From contig DAOTVY010000020.1 in assembly GCA_034436115.1 (NCBI GenBank), positions 604 through 64,603 of the forward strand: a stretch of 64,000 bases of DNA, given 5' to 3'. Under the pieces are notes generated by a model. That model was not told where the DNA came from, did not search any database, and saw nothing but the letters and a program-made list of their open reading frames with translations. Numbering within the stretch: position 1 is the first letter of the stretch; each line of letters opens with the position of its first letter. A program made the position numbers and the translations under genes. The DNA is from Chloroflexia bacterium. Its GTDB lineage: Bacteria; Chloroflexota; Chloroflexia; DTKN01. Shown one piece after another: positions 25,973 through 35,458 of the stretch.

Positions 25973-26998
25973 ATGCATTCTCGGCCCACCATCCGTGATG
26001 TTGCCGAGCGGGCGGGGGTTTCTCGCCAGACGGTTTCCCGGGTGATCAACGGCAAACCGGAAGTCAGCCCCCAGACGCGGCTCCGTGTACTCGGGGTAAT
26101 TGAAGAGCTCGGGTACCGGCCCAGCGCGGTAGCGCGCAGCATGGTGACAGGGCGCACCTGCCTGCTCGGCTGCATTTCCCCCAACCTGGTGGACTATACC
26201 TTCGCGTGCATGATCGAGAACGCTCAGGCGGAAGCGCGGCGCCTGGGCTATTTCGTGCTTACCGGGAGCGCGCCCGCGGTCGCCGACGTGGAGCCGCTCC
26301 TGGAAGAGATGCTAAACCGCCACATCGATGGGCTGCTGGTCATGAACCCGCACGCCGATGAGCGCTATCGTTTCGTCCTTCCCCTCGTGAAACGCGGCCT
26401 GCCCATCGCTTACCTGAACGACCGACCCCGGGAGGAGCCTGTTTCCTCCGTGCGTTGCGACGACGTAGACGGCGGCTATCAGGCGACCCGCTACCTGATC
26501 GGGCTCGGGCACCGCGCGATCGCTACCATCCACGGTCCGACGCGCGAAACCTGTACGACCGATCGCCTACTGGGCTACCGGCAGGCGCTTGCGGAGGCCG
26601 GCCTAAAGGTCGATCCGGCGCTTGTGGTAGAAGGTGACTGGTCCCCCGAATCCGGCCATCGGGCGGTCCAGCGCCTGCTTGCTTCCCAACGGCCTTTTAC
26701 CGCCATCTTTGCCCAAAACGACCGTATGGCGATCGGGGCGATCCGCGCCCTGCAGGATGCCGGGCTTGGGGTTCCGGAGGACGTCTCCGTGATCGGGTTC
26801 GATGACATCCCGCTGGCTGCCTATTGCCATCCACCCCTAACCACCCTCTACCAGCCCATGGAGGAGTGCGGACGACGCGCCGTCCGCCTGCTCGTGGAGA
26901 CGATTGGGAACCCACACCGGTCTCCGGAGCAGGTACTGCTCAGGGCGCGTTTGGTGGAGCGGGGCTCGTGCGCTCCACCACCCCCTGAAAGGAGGTGA
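25973..26998 (+). CDS. LacI-family transcriptional regulator
   Basis: N-terminal HTH (TIRDVAERAGVSRQTVSRVING) followed by a periplasmic-binding-fold sugar-binding domain. Confidence 0.85.
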   Translation: MHSRPTIRDVAERAGVSRQTVSRVINGKPEVSPQTRLRVLGVIEELGYRPSAVARSMVTGRTCLLGCISPNLVDYTFACMIENAQAEARRLGYFVLTGSAPAVADVEPLLEEMLNRHIDGLLVMNPHADERYRFVLPLVKRGLPIAYLNDRPREEPVSSVRCDDVDGGYQATRYLIGLGHRAIATIHGPTRETCTTDRLLGYRQALAEAGLKVDPALVVEGDWSPESGHRAVQRLLASQRPFTAIFAQNDRMAIGAIRALQDAGLGVPEDVSVIGFDDIPLAAYCHPPLTTLYQPMEECGRRAVRLLVETIGNPHRSPEQVLLRARLVERGSCAPPPPERR

Positions 26999-27073
26999 TG
27001 TGCAGGGAACGAAATCGGCTCATCCTTTGCCCCGGCAGAGCGATGGTGCCTGCCGCAAGCGAGGAGGAATGCG

Positions 27074-28108
27074 ATGAACGCCCGAAAGTTCGCTCTCTTG
27101 GCCTGCATCGGCGTGCTGCTGCCGCTGATCCTGTTGGCCTGCGGCCCGACACCGACCGCGGCCCCCGGTGGCGCCACCCCCGCAGCGCCGACCGGCCGGC
27201 TGTGTGAGGGGGTAAAGATCGTCTTCTTCCCCGGCGGCCCGCCCGGCTGACCGTTCGCCACCGTGGTATACAACGGCGCGGTCGCTGCCGCTTCAGACCT
27301 CGGTGCGAACGTAGAGTACGTCTTCTCGGACTGGGATCCAGAAAAGATGGTCCGCCAGTGCAAGGAGGCCATCGCCACCAACCCGGACGGGATCGCGATC
27401 ATGGGCCACCCCGGTGACGAAGCCCTCTCTGCCTGTGTCGATGAGGCCGAGAGCAAGGGGATCATCGTCACCAGCCAGAACACCACCCTGCCGAAACTGG
27501 AAGCCAAGTACAAGTCGAAGGGCTTTGGCTATGTGGGACAGGAGCTCTACCAGTCGGGTTACCTGCTGGGCCAGGAGGCCGTCAAGCGAGGGAACCTGAA
27601 GCCCGGCGACCGGGCGATGGTGTGGGGCCTTCTGTCTCAGCCCACGCGGGGCCTGCGCACCCAGGGAGTCATTGATGCCCTGAAGGAGGCCGGCCTGGTG
27701 GTCGACTATATCGAGATCGACCCGGCCACCAACGCGGACCCGACGAACGGTACTCCCGTCTTCACCGGGTACGTATCGGCCCATCCGGATGTCAAGGTCG
27801 TCTGCACGGATCACGGCGGGCTGACCTCTACCATGGAGACCTACCTCAAGGCGGCCGGCAAGGGGCCCGATGACATCTACGCCATCGGCTTCGACCTGTC
27901 CTCGGCCACCCTGGCGGCTATCCGCGGCGGCTGGACGGACCTTGTGCTCGACCAGCAGCCGTGGCTGCAGGGCTACCTGCCGATCGTGCAGATCTGCCTG
28001 ACCAAGAAGTACGGCTTCTCCGGGTTGCACATCGACACTGGCTCCGGCTTTGCCGATAAGAGCAACATCGAGATGCTCGCGCCGCTCGTGGAGAAGCAGA
28101 TCCGCTGA
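27074..28108 (+). pseudogene. Sugar ABC transporter substrate-binding lipoprotein interrupted by an in-frame TGA (27248-27250) between the lipoprotein signal peptide and the mature domain
   Basis: ATG at 27074 (SD GAGGAGG) encodes MNARKFALLACIGVLLPLILLACGP... (lipobox LLAC). The same frame continues after the TGA as PFATVVYNGAVAAAS... (ribose/galactose-type SBP fold). The stop falls at the position of the conserved x-PFF motif. Confidence 0.6.
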
Positions 28109-28151
28109 GCCGGATCCGTCCGGGAGTCCACCGGGCGGCTCATAGGACGCC

Positions 28152-28222
28152 GGGGCAAACGGCGCCAGGCCCGCCGGCGAGCCCGGCCCGTTGCCGCGGA
28201 GGCACCTGGCGTCGTTTGCCCC
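28152..28222 (+). other. Long intercistronic stem-loop (18-bp arms with one G-U, 34-nt loop) between the SBP and ABC ATPase genes
   Basis: GGGGCAAACGGCGCCAGG ... CCTGGCGTCGTTTGCCCC; no strong U-tract follows. Confidence 0.5.
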
Positions 28223-28303
28223 CATTTACGGGGAGCCATCTTCAGCTCCCCAGCCGTCGACGTGGCTCGTCGGCGAGGGCGGGCCACAAGGGGGTTCAGT
28301 GGT

Positions 28304-29110
28304 ATGGAATACCTACTCGAAATGCGGAATATCTCCAAGAGGTTCGGAGAGGTTCAAGCGCTCCGGAACGTGAACTTTTGCGTTCGCTACAACGAGGTCG
28401 TCGGCCTGCTCGGCGACAACGGGGCCGGGAAATCGACCCTGATCAAGATCGTCACCGGCTACCACCAGCCCGATAGCGGCGAGATCTATTTCAACGGCCG
28501 CAAGATCGAACGGCTTTCGGTCTCGGAAGCACGCCGATTGGGAATCGAAACGGTCTATCAGGAACGTGCTCTGGCCAACCTGCAGAGCCTCTGGCGCAAC
28601 ATCTTCATGGGACGCGAACTCACCACGATGCTGGGCTTCCTGGATGTCGCCAAGATGCGCCGCGAAACCGAAAAGCTGATGGTCGGCTCCATGGGCTTTA
28701 CCTCGGCGGCCGTGGTTCCCGATTCCGTGGTGGGGACATTTTCGGGGGGCGAAAAGCAGGGCGTGGCGATCGTACGCGCCCTTTACTTCGAGGCCGAACT
28801 GATCATCCTGGACGAGCCCACCATGGGCCTTTCGCTTTCGGAAACCCGCAAACTCCTGGATTTTGTCCGGGGCATCAAAGAGGCCGGCAAGTCGTGCATC
28901 TTTATCGACCACAATGTCTTCCACGTCTACTCGGTCGCAGACCGGGTGGTCGTTCTGGACCGCGGCGCTGTCGCAGGCGAGTTCTTGACAAAGGATATCA
29001 CCCTGGAGCAGCTGATGGACATGATGTACCGGGTCGCTCAGACGGGCAGGCTTTCCGAGAACAACACCGAATGCCTCCCTGCTGCTCCGATAGGTACGGA
29101 AACACCGTAA
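28304..29110 (+). CDS. Sugar ABC transporter ATP-binding protein (single ABC domain)
   Basis: Walker A GDNGAGKST, signature FSGGEKQ, Walker B LIILDEPT. Confidence 0.85.
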   Translation: MEYLLEMRNISKRFGEVQALRNVNFCVRYNEVVGLLGDNGAGKSTLIKIVTGYHQPDSGEIYFNGRKIERLSVSEARRLGIETVYQERALANLQSLWRNIFMGRELTTMLGFLDVAKMRRETEKLMVGSMGFTSAAVVPDSVVGTFSGGEKQGVAIVRALYFEAELIILDEPTMGLSLSETRKLLDFVRGIKEAGKSCIFIDHNVFHVYSVADRVVVLDRGAVAGEFLTKDITLEQLMDMMYRVAQTGRLSENNTECLPAAPIGTETP

Positions 29111-29120
29111 GGAGCCACTG

Positions 29121-30179
29121 ATGACAATGGACAAGCGAAACCCCGCCGCCACGGGAGCGAACGCCCATGCGGAAGCGCCGGCCGCCCTCGCCCGCCGCGT
29201 TGCGCCGCAAGCTGGGGGGGTCCCGCGCTGGATACGACGGAACGCCCTTCAGATCGGCATCACCTGTGTCTTGCTGCTCCTTTGGGGGCTGTTCCTCGTG
29301 CGCGCGCCGGCTACCTTCTTCAGCAAGAACATCTACGCCGCCTTGATGTCTACGGTGCCCTTCTTTGCCATCATGGCGCTCCCCCTGACGATGGTGGTCA
29401 TCGCCGGCGAGATGGACCTCTCGTTTCCTTCCATCATGGGGTTCGGCATGGTCGTTTTCGTGCACGTGTTGGAGGCCACGAAGAGCCCAGGCCTAGCGTT
29501 CCTGACCTGCCTGCTCTCCGGCTTTCTGGCAGGCCTCCTGAACGGCACGATCGTCGTGCGATTGGGGCTCCCCTCCCTGGTCGCCACCATCGGTACCCAG
29601 TTCTTCTGGCGCGGCGTCGTGGACGTGATCACCCAGGGACAGCCGGCCTCCCTTGTGTCGGTGAAACCCACCTTGCTCCAGCGACTGCTTGTCGGGCGTG
29701 TGGGCGGGTACGTTCCGGCTCAGGTGCTGTGGATGATCTTTGTGGCGGTCGTGGTGTGGGTCTTCCTGAACCGCCACCGCTTCGGCGCTCACGTCTACCT
29801 GATCGGAGATAACCGCGAGAGCGCCCGACTGATGGGTGTCAACGTCGACCGCGTCCGCATGCTCGTCTTTGCCGTCGTAGGCCTGGCGGCAGCGTTCGCT
29901 GGTGTGCTGGCAAGCCTCGAGGTCTCCTACTTCTGGGTGACCCTGGGCGAGGGATACTTGATGCGCACTCTGGCTTCCGTTTTCCTCGGCGGTACTTCCG
30001 TCTTCGGCGGCCAGGGAACGATCTACGGCACCTTCATCGGTTGCTTTATCATCGCGATCATCGAGCCCGGCCTGGTGGCCATGGGGTTGACCGGCTTCTG
30101 GACCAAGCTGATCTATGGCTTCATCATTACCGCCTCCGTCGCCATGCACGCCGTGCTGAGCCGCCGTCTCGCCCGGTAA
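29121..30179 (+). CDS. Sugar ABC transporter permease (ribose/branched-chain type, about 9 TM)
   Basis: Hydrophobic 352-aa protein with the conserved permease loop pattern. Confidence 0.8.
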   Translation: MTMDKRNPAATGANAHAEAPAALARRVAPQAGGVPRWIRRNALQIGITCVLLLLWGLFLVRAPATFFSKNIYAALMSTVPFFAIMALPLTMVVIAGEMDLSFPSIMGFGMVVFVHVLEATKSPGLAFLTCLLSGFLAGLLNGTIVVRLGLPSLVATIGTQFFWRGVVDVITQGQPASLVSVKPTLLQRLLVGRVGGYVPAQVLWMIFVAVVVWVFLNRHRFGAHVYLIGDNRESARLMGVNVDRVRMLVFAVVGLAAAFAGVLASLEVSYFWVTLGEGYLMRTLASVFLGGTSVFGGQGTIYGTFIGCFIIAIIEPGLVAMGLTGFWTKLIYGFIITASVAMHAVLSRRLAR

Positions 30180-30216
30180 CACGCAGGCCCATGGGCCGGC
30201 ACGCAGGAGGCCCACG

Positions 30217-31326
30217 GTGAAACACCGCGAACGGGTCTGGCTCGCCCTCCATCACGAGGAACCGGACCGTTGCCCGATGCAAATCAGCTTCACCCCGGAG
30301 TTCGCCGCCCGCTTGCGGGAGCAATTGGGCATCCGCGACGAGGAACTGTATAACCCCCACGGTGGCGGAAACACCTACATCCTGGAGCGCATGCTCGACG
30401 AGGACATGCTCCTCACCTCCGTCGGTTGGGCCAACTCCTATTACGCGACCGAGCGGTACAGCCAGGACGGCATTTCCTATACCGACGAATGGGGGGTGGG
30501 GTGGCGGAACGTTCCCTACCGGACGCGCTTCGGGATCGGCCACTACACCGAGATGGTCCACCACCCGCTTTCTGACGACGCCGCGATCGCCTCCTACCGT
30601 CCGCCGGATCCCAACCGGCCGGAGCTCTACGAAGAGGCCGCGCGTGTCGTGCGGGAGTTCAAGGACGAGTATTGGATCGTTGGGGTCACCGTGACGACGA
30701 TCTTCGAGACGGCCTGGGCCCTGCGCGGCTATGAACGGCTACTGATGGACCTGGTGGAGGACCCGGATCGGGCCGAGTACATTCTCGATATCCCGTTCCG
30801 TTTCCACCTCACTGCTGCGCAAAGGCTGGTCGAACTCGGGGTGGATATGATCTGGATCGGGGACGACGTGGGGGCCCAAGACCGGATGCTCATCTCACCG
30901 CGGATGTGGCGCCGCTTCCTCAAGCCGCGTATGGCCACCTTCATCGCTACCCTGAAAGCGATCCGGCCGGAGCTCCAGGTCGCCTACCACTCCGACGGCT
31001 ACATCTACCCGATCATCCCCGACCTCATCGAGATCGGGCTGGACGTGCTGAACCCGGTGCAACCACGCTGCATGGACCCGGAGCAGTTGAAGAAGGAGTT
31101 CGGGGCCCATCTTTCGTTCTGGGGCTCGCTGGACGAACAGCATACCTTGCCCTTCGGTACCCCGGAAGAGGTAGAGGCCGAGGTACTTGCCCGCCTGAAG
31201 ACGCTTGGCAAAGGCGGGGGCCTCATCCTGGGGCCCACCCATCACGTGCAGCTGGACACGCCTCTGGAGAACTTCTGGGCCATGGTACACACGATCACCC
31301 GCACGCCCTACCGTTCCCTTAGCTAG
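30217..31326 (+). CDS. Uroporphyrinogen decarboxylase (URO-D) family protein, paralog 1
   Basis: MKHRERVWLALHHEEPDRCPMQISF... and URO-D/MtaA-like TIM-barrel blocks (MIWIGDDVGAQDRMLISP, GLDVLNPVQP); 369 aa. Confidence 0.7.
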   Translation: MKHRERVWLALHHEEPDRCPMQISFTPEFAARLREQLGIRDEELYNPHGGGNTYILERMLDEDMLLTSVGWANSYYATERYSQDGISYTDEWGVGWRNVPYRTRFGIGHYTEMVHHPLSDDAAIASYRPPDPNRPELYEEAARVVREFKDEYWIVGVTVTTIFETAWALRGYERLLMDLVEDPDRAEYILDIPFRFHLTAAQRLVELGVDMIWIGDDVGAQDRMLISPRMWRRFLKPRMATFIATLKAIRPELQVAYHSDGYIYPIIPDLIEIGLDVLNPVQPRCMDPEQLKKEFGAHLSFWGSLDEQHTLPFGTPEEVEAEVLARLKTLGKGGGLILGPTHHVQLDTPLENFWAMVHTITRTPYRSLS

Positions 31327-31414
31327 CCCGTCGCCGCATCCCGAGTGGCGGTCTGGCCCGGGAGATCGCAAGGACCGTGGAACACCAAAAACACCGGTTT
31401 GCCCGGAGGAGGCA

Positions 31415-32452
31415 TTGGCTTTCCAGACGACCTTGACCCCCCGAGAACGTGTGCGCCGAGCGCTGGCGCGGGAACCCGTCGATCGGCTGCCGACTCAGGT
31501 GAACGTCACCGCGGCCTTGGGCCAGCGGCTGTGCAATGCCTGGGGCATTCCTCCAGAGGCCCTCGCTGCCCGGCTGGACAACCACCTCTTGAGGTTGGAA
31601 CTCACGTTTCCCAGCCGGAAAAGCCCGGACGGCCGCGTCGTCTACGACTGGTGGGGAGTGGGCTGGAGCACGGAGACCGAGGGCTATTGGCCTGTATACT
31701 CGCCCCTGGCGGAATCGAAGGACCTCGACCGATACCCCTGGCCCGATCCCAACGATCCGCATTTGCTGGACGAGGCCGCACGCGCACTAGCCTCGGACGC
31801 GGGGGAGCATTTCTCCTTGCCCAATTTCGGCTTCTGTCTCTTCGAGCGCGCCTGGGCGTTGCGCGGCTTCGAGCGTTTCCTTCTGGACCTCGTGGACGAT
31901 CCGGCGTTTGCGGAGGAACTGCTGGAGCGGATCGCCGAAATCCAACTGGTGCTGGCGCGCCGCTTCTTAGCCTTGGGGGTAGATGGGGGCTACTTCGGGG
32001 ACGATTACGGAGGGCAAAACGGCCCGCTCTTTTCGCCGCGCCTCTGGAGGAAACTGATCCAGCCCCGACTGGCCCGCCTGTTTGCGGTCTTTCGTGAGGC
32101 TGGCCGGCCGGTCATCCTGCATTCGGATGGCGACATCGCCCCGATTCTGCCCGACCTCGTGGAGATCGGCCTTTCAGCGCTGAACCCCGTCCAGCCCGAG
32201 GTGCTTGACCATGTCTGGCTCCAGGAGACCTTTGGGCACAGGCTGGCTTTCTATGGGGGCATCTCGAGCCAAAGCGTCCTCCCCCAGGGGACTCCGGACC
32301 AGGTGCGGGCTGCCGTCTACGCCTGCCGAACCAGCCTCGCCCCCGAGGGGACCGGACTGATCCTGGCGCCTTCCCATCGGCTGACCAGCGATGTCCCCGT
32401 AGCGAATGTGGAAGCGTTACTCGCCGCTTTCCGCGAAGGAGCTGAGATATGA
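31415..32452 (+). CDS. URO-D family protein, paralog 2 (start uncertain: TTG 31415, TTG 31433 or GTG 31451)
   Basis: LTPRERVRRALAREPVDRLP aligns with the N-termini of paralogs 1 and 3; conserved GLSALNPVQP block. Confidence 0.6.
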   Translation: MAFQTTLTPRERVRRALAREPVDRLPTQVNVTAALGQRLCNAWGIPPEALAARLDNHLLRLELTFPSRKSPDGRVVYDWWGVGWSTETEGYWPVYSPLAESKDLDRYPWPDPNDPHLLDEAARALASDAGEHFSLPNFGFCLFERAWALRGFERFLLDLVDDPAFAEELLERIAEIQLVLARRFLALGVDGGYFGDDYGGQNGPLFSPRLWRKLIQPRLARLFAVFREAGRPVILHSDGDIAPILPDLVEIGLSALNPVQPEVLDHVWLQETFGHRLAFYGGISSQSVLPQGTPDQVRAAVYACRTSLAPEGTGLILAPSHRLTSDVPVANVEALLAAFREGAEI

Positions 32453-33642
32453 CCGCTGGCGCTGCCCGAAGAAAACGGGTCACCGAGGCCTTCGAGGCTG
32501 CGTATGGAGATCGGCCGACCCTTTGGGTCCGCGCTCCGGGCCGCGTGGACCTCATGGGAAGCCACACGGACTATAACCAGGGGTTCGTGCTCACCCTCCC
32601 GATCCGCCGGGACACCTGGATCGCTGCGCGGCCGCGGCCGGACCAGATCGTGCGCATCCGCTCGCTCAACCTGGGGGGAGAAAGTTGCTTCGAGCTGCAT
32701 ACGATCGAACGAGACGAAGAGCACCGCTGGGCGAACTACGTGCGCGGTGTCGCTTTCGTCCTTCAGCGGGAAGGGCTTCCCCTGGTGGGGTTCGACGGAC
32801 TCGTCCATAGCACCGTCCCTCTGAGCAGCGGACTGTCCTCTTCGGCCGCGTTGGAAGTGGCCACCGCGGTTCTGTTCCGAGCGCTCGGGGGCTGGGAAAT
32901 CGAACCGCTTCGCCTTGCCCTCCTCTGCCAGCGGGCGGAGAACGAGTTCGTGGGGATGAACTGCGGCATCCTGGACCAGTATACCTCCCTCCTGGGGCAG
33001 GAGGGGTACGCCCTGCTGCTCGATTGCCGGGCGTTGACCCACCGCCCAATCCCGCTGCCCCAGGAACTGAGCGTGGTCATCTGCGACACCCGCGCCCGAA
33101 GGGAGCTCACTGGCTCCGAGTACGGACAGCGGCGGGCGCAGTGCGAGGAAGGGGTACGCATCCTTTCCGGTTTTCTTCCCGGCGTGAGGGCCCTGCGGGA
33201 TGTCTCGCGCGAGCAGTTCCTGCGGTATGAAGCGCAGCTTCCCCCCGTGGTCGCCCGCCGCTGTCGGTTTGTGATCGAGGAGAACGAGCGCGTGCTCCGG
33301 CTCGCCGAGGCGCTCGGGACTCACGACCGGGGGCAGATCCGAGAGCTGATGGTCGCTTCCTACCAGGGAGCACGGGACCTTTACGAGATCGGCTCGCCCG
33401 AGATGGCCGCGATGATCGAGGCGATGGAAAGCGCTCCGGGCGTCGTGGGAGCACGGCAGGCCGGGGCTGGTTTCGGCGGGTGCATGGTCGCGCTCGTGGA
33501 GCCAGCCCAGGTACCCGCGTTCGCGGAAGCGGTGCGCCGGCAATACCGCGCGATCACCGGAATCGAACCCGAGATCTACCCCGAGGGGGCAGGGGCCGGT
33601 GCCGGCCTACTGGCCGAATCGGCTGAGGAGGAAAGGGCATGA
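32449..33642 (+). CDS. GHMP kinase, galactokinase-like sugar-1-kinase
   Basis: Galactokinase signature GRVDLMGSHTDYNQGFVL, GHMP motif PLSSGLSSSAALEVA, C-terminal GAGFGGCMVALV. Confidence 0.8.
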   Translation: MTAGAARRKRVTEAFEAAYGDRPTLWVRAPGRVDLMGSHTDYNQGFVLTLPIRRDTWIAARPRPDQIVRIRSLNLGGESCFELHTIERDEEHRWANYVRGVAFVLQREGLPLVGFDGLVHSTVPLSSGLSSSAALEVATAVLFRALGGWEIEPLRLALLCQRAENEFVGMNCGILDQYTSLLGQEGYALLLDCRALTHRPIPLPQELSVVICDTRARRELTGSEYGQRRAQCEEGVRILSGFLPGVRALRDVSREQFLRYEAQLPPVVARRCRFVIEENERVLRLAEALGTHDRGQIRELMVASYQGARDLYEIGSPEMAAMIEAMESAPGVVGARQAGAGFGGCMVALVEPAQVPAFAEAVRRQYRAITGIEPEIYPEGAGAGAGLLAESAEEERA

Positions 33643-34787
33643 AGCCACGCGAGCGTGTCTTGTTGGCGCTGAACCACCGCGAACCGGACCGGGTCCCCAT
33701 CGACCTGGGCGGGACCATCTGTTCGTCCATCCATCGCCAGGCTTACGTGGCACTCAAAGAGCACCTGGGCATGGAAGTCGAGCCCCTACGGCTGGTCGAC
33801 TATGTGCAGCAACTTCCCTACCTGGACGAGGCGCTGCTGGAGCGACTGGCGGTGGACTTTCGCATGGTCCAGCTCCCCGCGGCAACCGCACCCCAAGTGG
33901 AGATCTTCCAGGAGGGCGACTACGAGGCGTTTTACGACCGCTGGGGATCCAAGCTCCGCCGGCCCAAGAGAGGGGGATTGTACTTCGACTGGGTCGAATT
34001 CCCGATCCGCGAGCCCACGCCAGAGGCACTAGAGGCTTACCGGTGGCCGGATCTCGATCCGCCGGAGCAGCTCGCGGAGCTACGCCGCCAGGCGGAGTAC
34101 CTTTACCATCACACCGACTATGCCCTAGTCGGGAGCGCCATCATCGGTGGGGGCATCTTCGAGCAGCCGGCCCGCATGATGGGGCTGGAGAACTTTTTCA
34201 TGGCCCTGGTCACCGAACCCCGGTTTGCCGACCGGCTGATGGAACAGATCACGGACCTGTATATCGAGTCGTGCGACCGCTACCTGGACCAGGTAGGGGA
34301 ATTCCTTCAGGTGTTCACCTATTGGGACGACCTGTGCGGCCAGGACGGATGGCTGATCTCTCCGGAGCTGTACCGCAAGATGATCAAGCCGAAACAGCGT
34401 CGGCTGCTGGAAGCCATCCGGAAAAAGACGCAGGCTAAGGTCTATTTCCACTCCTGCGGTGCGGTGTACGACCTTGTCCCGGATCTGATTGAGCTGGGGT
34501 TCGATATCCTGAACCCGGTCCAGGTGTCGGCACGGGGCATGGACACGCGGCGCCTGAAGCAAGAATACGGCCAAGACATCGTCTTTTGGGGCGGAGGCGT
34601 GGACACACAACACATCCTGCCGTTCGGCACCCCGCAACAGGTCCGCGACGAGGTGCGGCGGCGCATCGAGGACCTGGCCCCCGGCGGCGGTTTCATCTTT
34701 GCCGCCGTCCATAACATCCAGGCCGGAGTCCCTCCGGAGAACATCGTCGCAGCCTTCGAGGCAGCTCTCGAATACGGCAGGTACTGA
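33639..34787 (+). CDS. URO-D family protein, paralog 3
   Basis: MKPRERVLLALNHREPDRVPIDLGG..., GFDILNPVQV; 382 aa. Confidence 0.7.
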   Translation: MKPRERVLLALNHREPDRVPIDLGGTICSSIHRQAYVALKEHLGMEVEPLRLVDYVQQLPYLDEALLERLAVDFRMVQLPAATAPQVEIFQEGDYEAFYDRWGSKLRRPKRGGLYFDWVEFPIREPTPEALEAYRWPDLDPPEQLAELRRQAEYLYHHTDYALVGSAIIGGGIFEQPARMMGLENFFMALVTEPRFADRLMEQITDLYIESCDRYLDQVGEFLQVFTYWDDLCGQDGWLISPELYRKMIKPKQRRLLEAIRKKTQAKVYFHSCGAVYDLVPDLIELGFDILNPVQVSARGMDTRRLKQEYGQDIVFWGGGVDTQHILPFGTPQQVRDEVRRRIEDLAPGGGFIFAAVHNIQAGVPPENIVAAFEAALEYGRY

Positions 34788-34798
34788 GGCCTAGTCCC

Positions 34799-35458
34799 CT
34801 ACGATTGCGCCCGCGCCTCGAGGGCATCGGGCCGCAGGACCACCACCCTTCCCCGCTCCACGCGGACGATCCCTTCCTCCTGCCAGGTGCGGAGCACCCG
34901 CCCGACCATCTCCCGGACCGTCCCCAGCTGGGCAGCGATCTCCTCGTGCGTCCACCGCCGGCCGGGCGTGGCGTGTGCCTCGGTAAGCAGGAAGCGGGCC
35001 AGCCGGCCGCTCACTGTGCGGAAGGAAAGATCCTCGACCAGATCGACCAGTCGTCGCAGTTTCCCAGCAAAGTCCGCCAGTACGTTGATAGCCATCTGGG
35101 GGATCTCGCGGAGCAACCGCAAGAAGTCGCTGCAGGCAAGGGAGTACGCCACAACTTCGGTCAACGCCTCCGCGCTCGCCGGATTCGGCCCACCATCCAG
35201 CGCTGGGACCAAGTTCAGCCCTTCCCCGGGCCCAAGCAATGCAAGCACCTGGAGCCGTCCCTCCGGGGAGAGCTTGCTCACCCGCACGCGGCCCCGGGCG
35301 ATCCAGTAGACGGCCTCGCACGCCTCTCCTTCCCGCAGGAGAAAAACACCGCGCACGAACTGCTGACGGCGGGCCATCCGCGTGACTCGCGCCAAGTCGC
35401 GTTCCTCCAGGCCGCGAAACGGGGGGAATTGGGACAATGGAGGAAGGCACTCAGGCAT
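34799..35458 (-). CDS. Crp/Fnr-family transcriptional regulator
   Basis: cNMP-binding domain (RGVFLLREGEACEAVYWIARGRVRV) plus C-terminal HTH (THEEIAAQLGTVREMVGRVLRTW); start taken at the internal MPECLPP. Confidence 0.75.
   Translation of the reverse strand: MPECLPPLSQFPPFRGLEERDLARVTRMARRQQFVRGVFLLREGEACEAVYWIARGRVRVSKLSPEGRLQVLALLGPGEGLNLVPALDGGPNPASAEALTEVVAYSLACSDFLRLLREIPQMAINVLADFAGKLRRLVDLVEDLSFRTVSGRLARFLLTEAHATPGRRWTHEEIAAQLGTVREMVGRVLRTWQEEGIVRVERGRVVVLRPDALEARAQS

Noticed and set aside
31205-31414. ORF-track start of URO-D paralog 2 at 31205, which would overlap paralog 1 by 120 nt
   Set aside because: Similarity to paralogs 1 and 3 begins at LTPRERV (about 31433). The upstream extension is Pro/Arg-rich read-through of the paralog-1 3' end in another frame, so the start is most likely TTG/GTG at 31415-31451.
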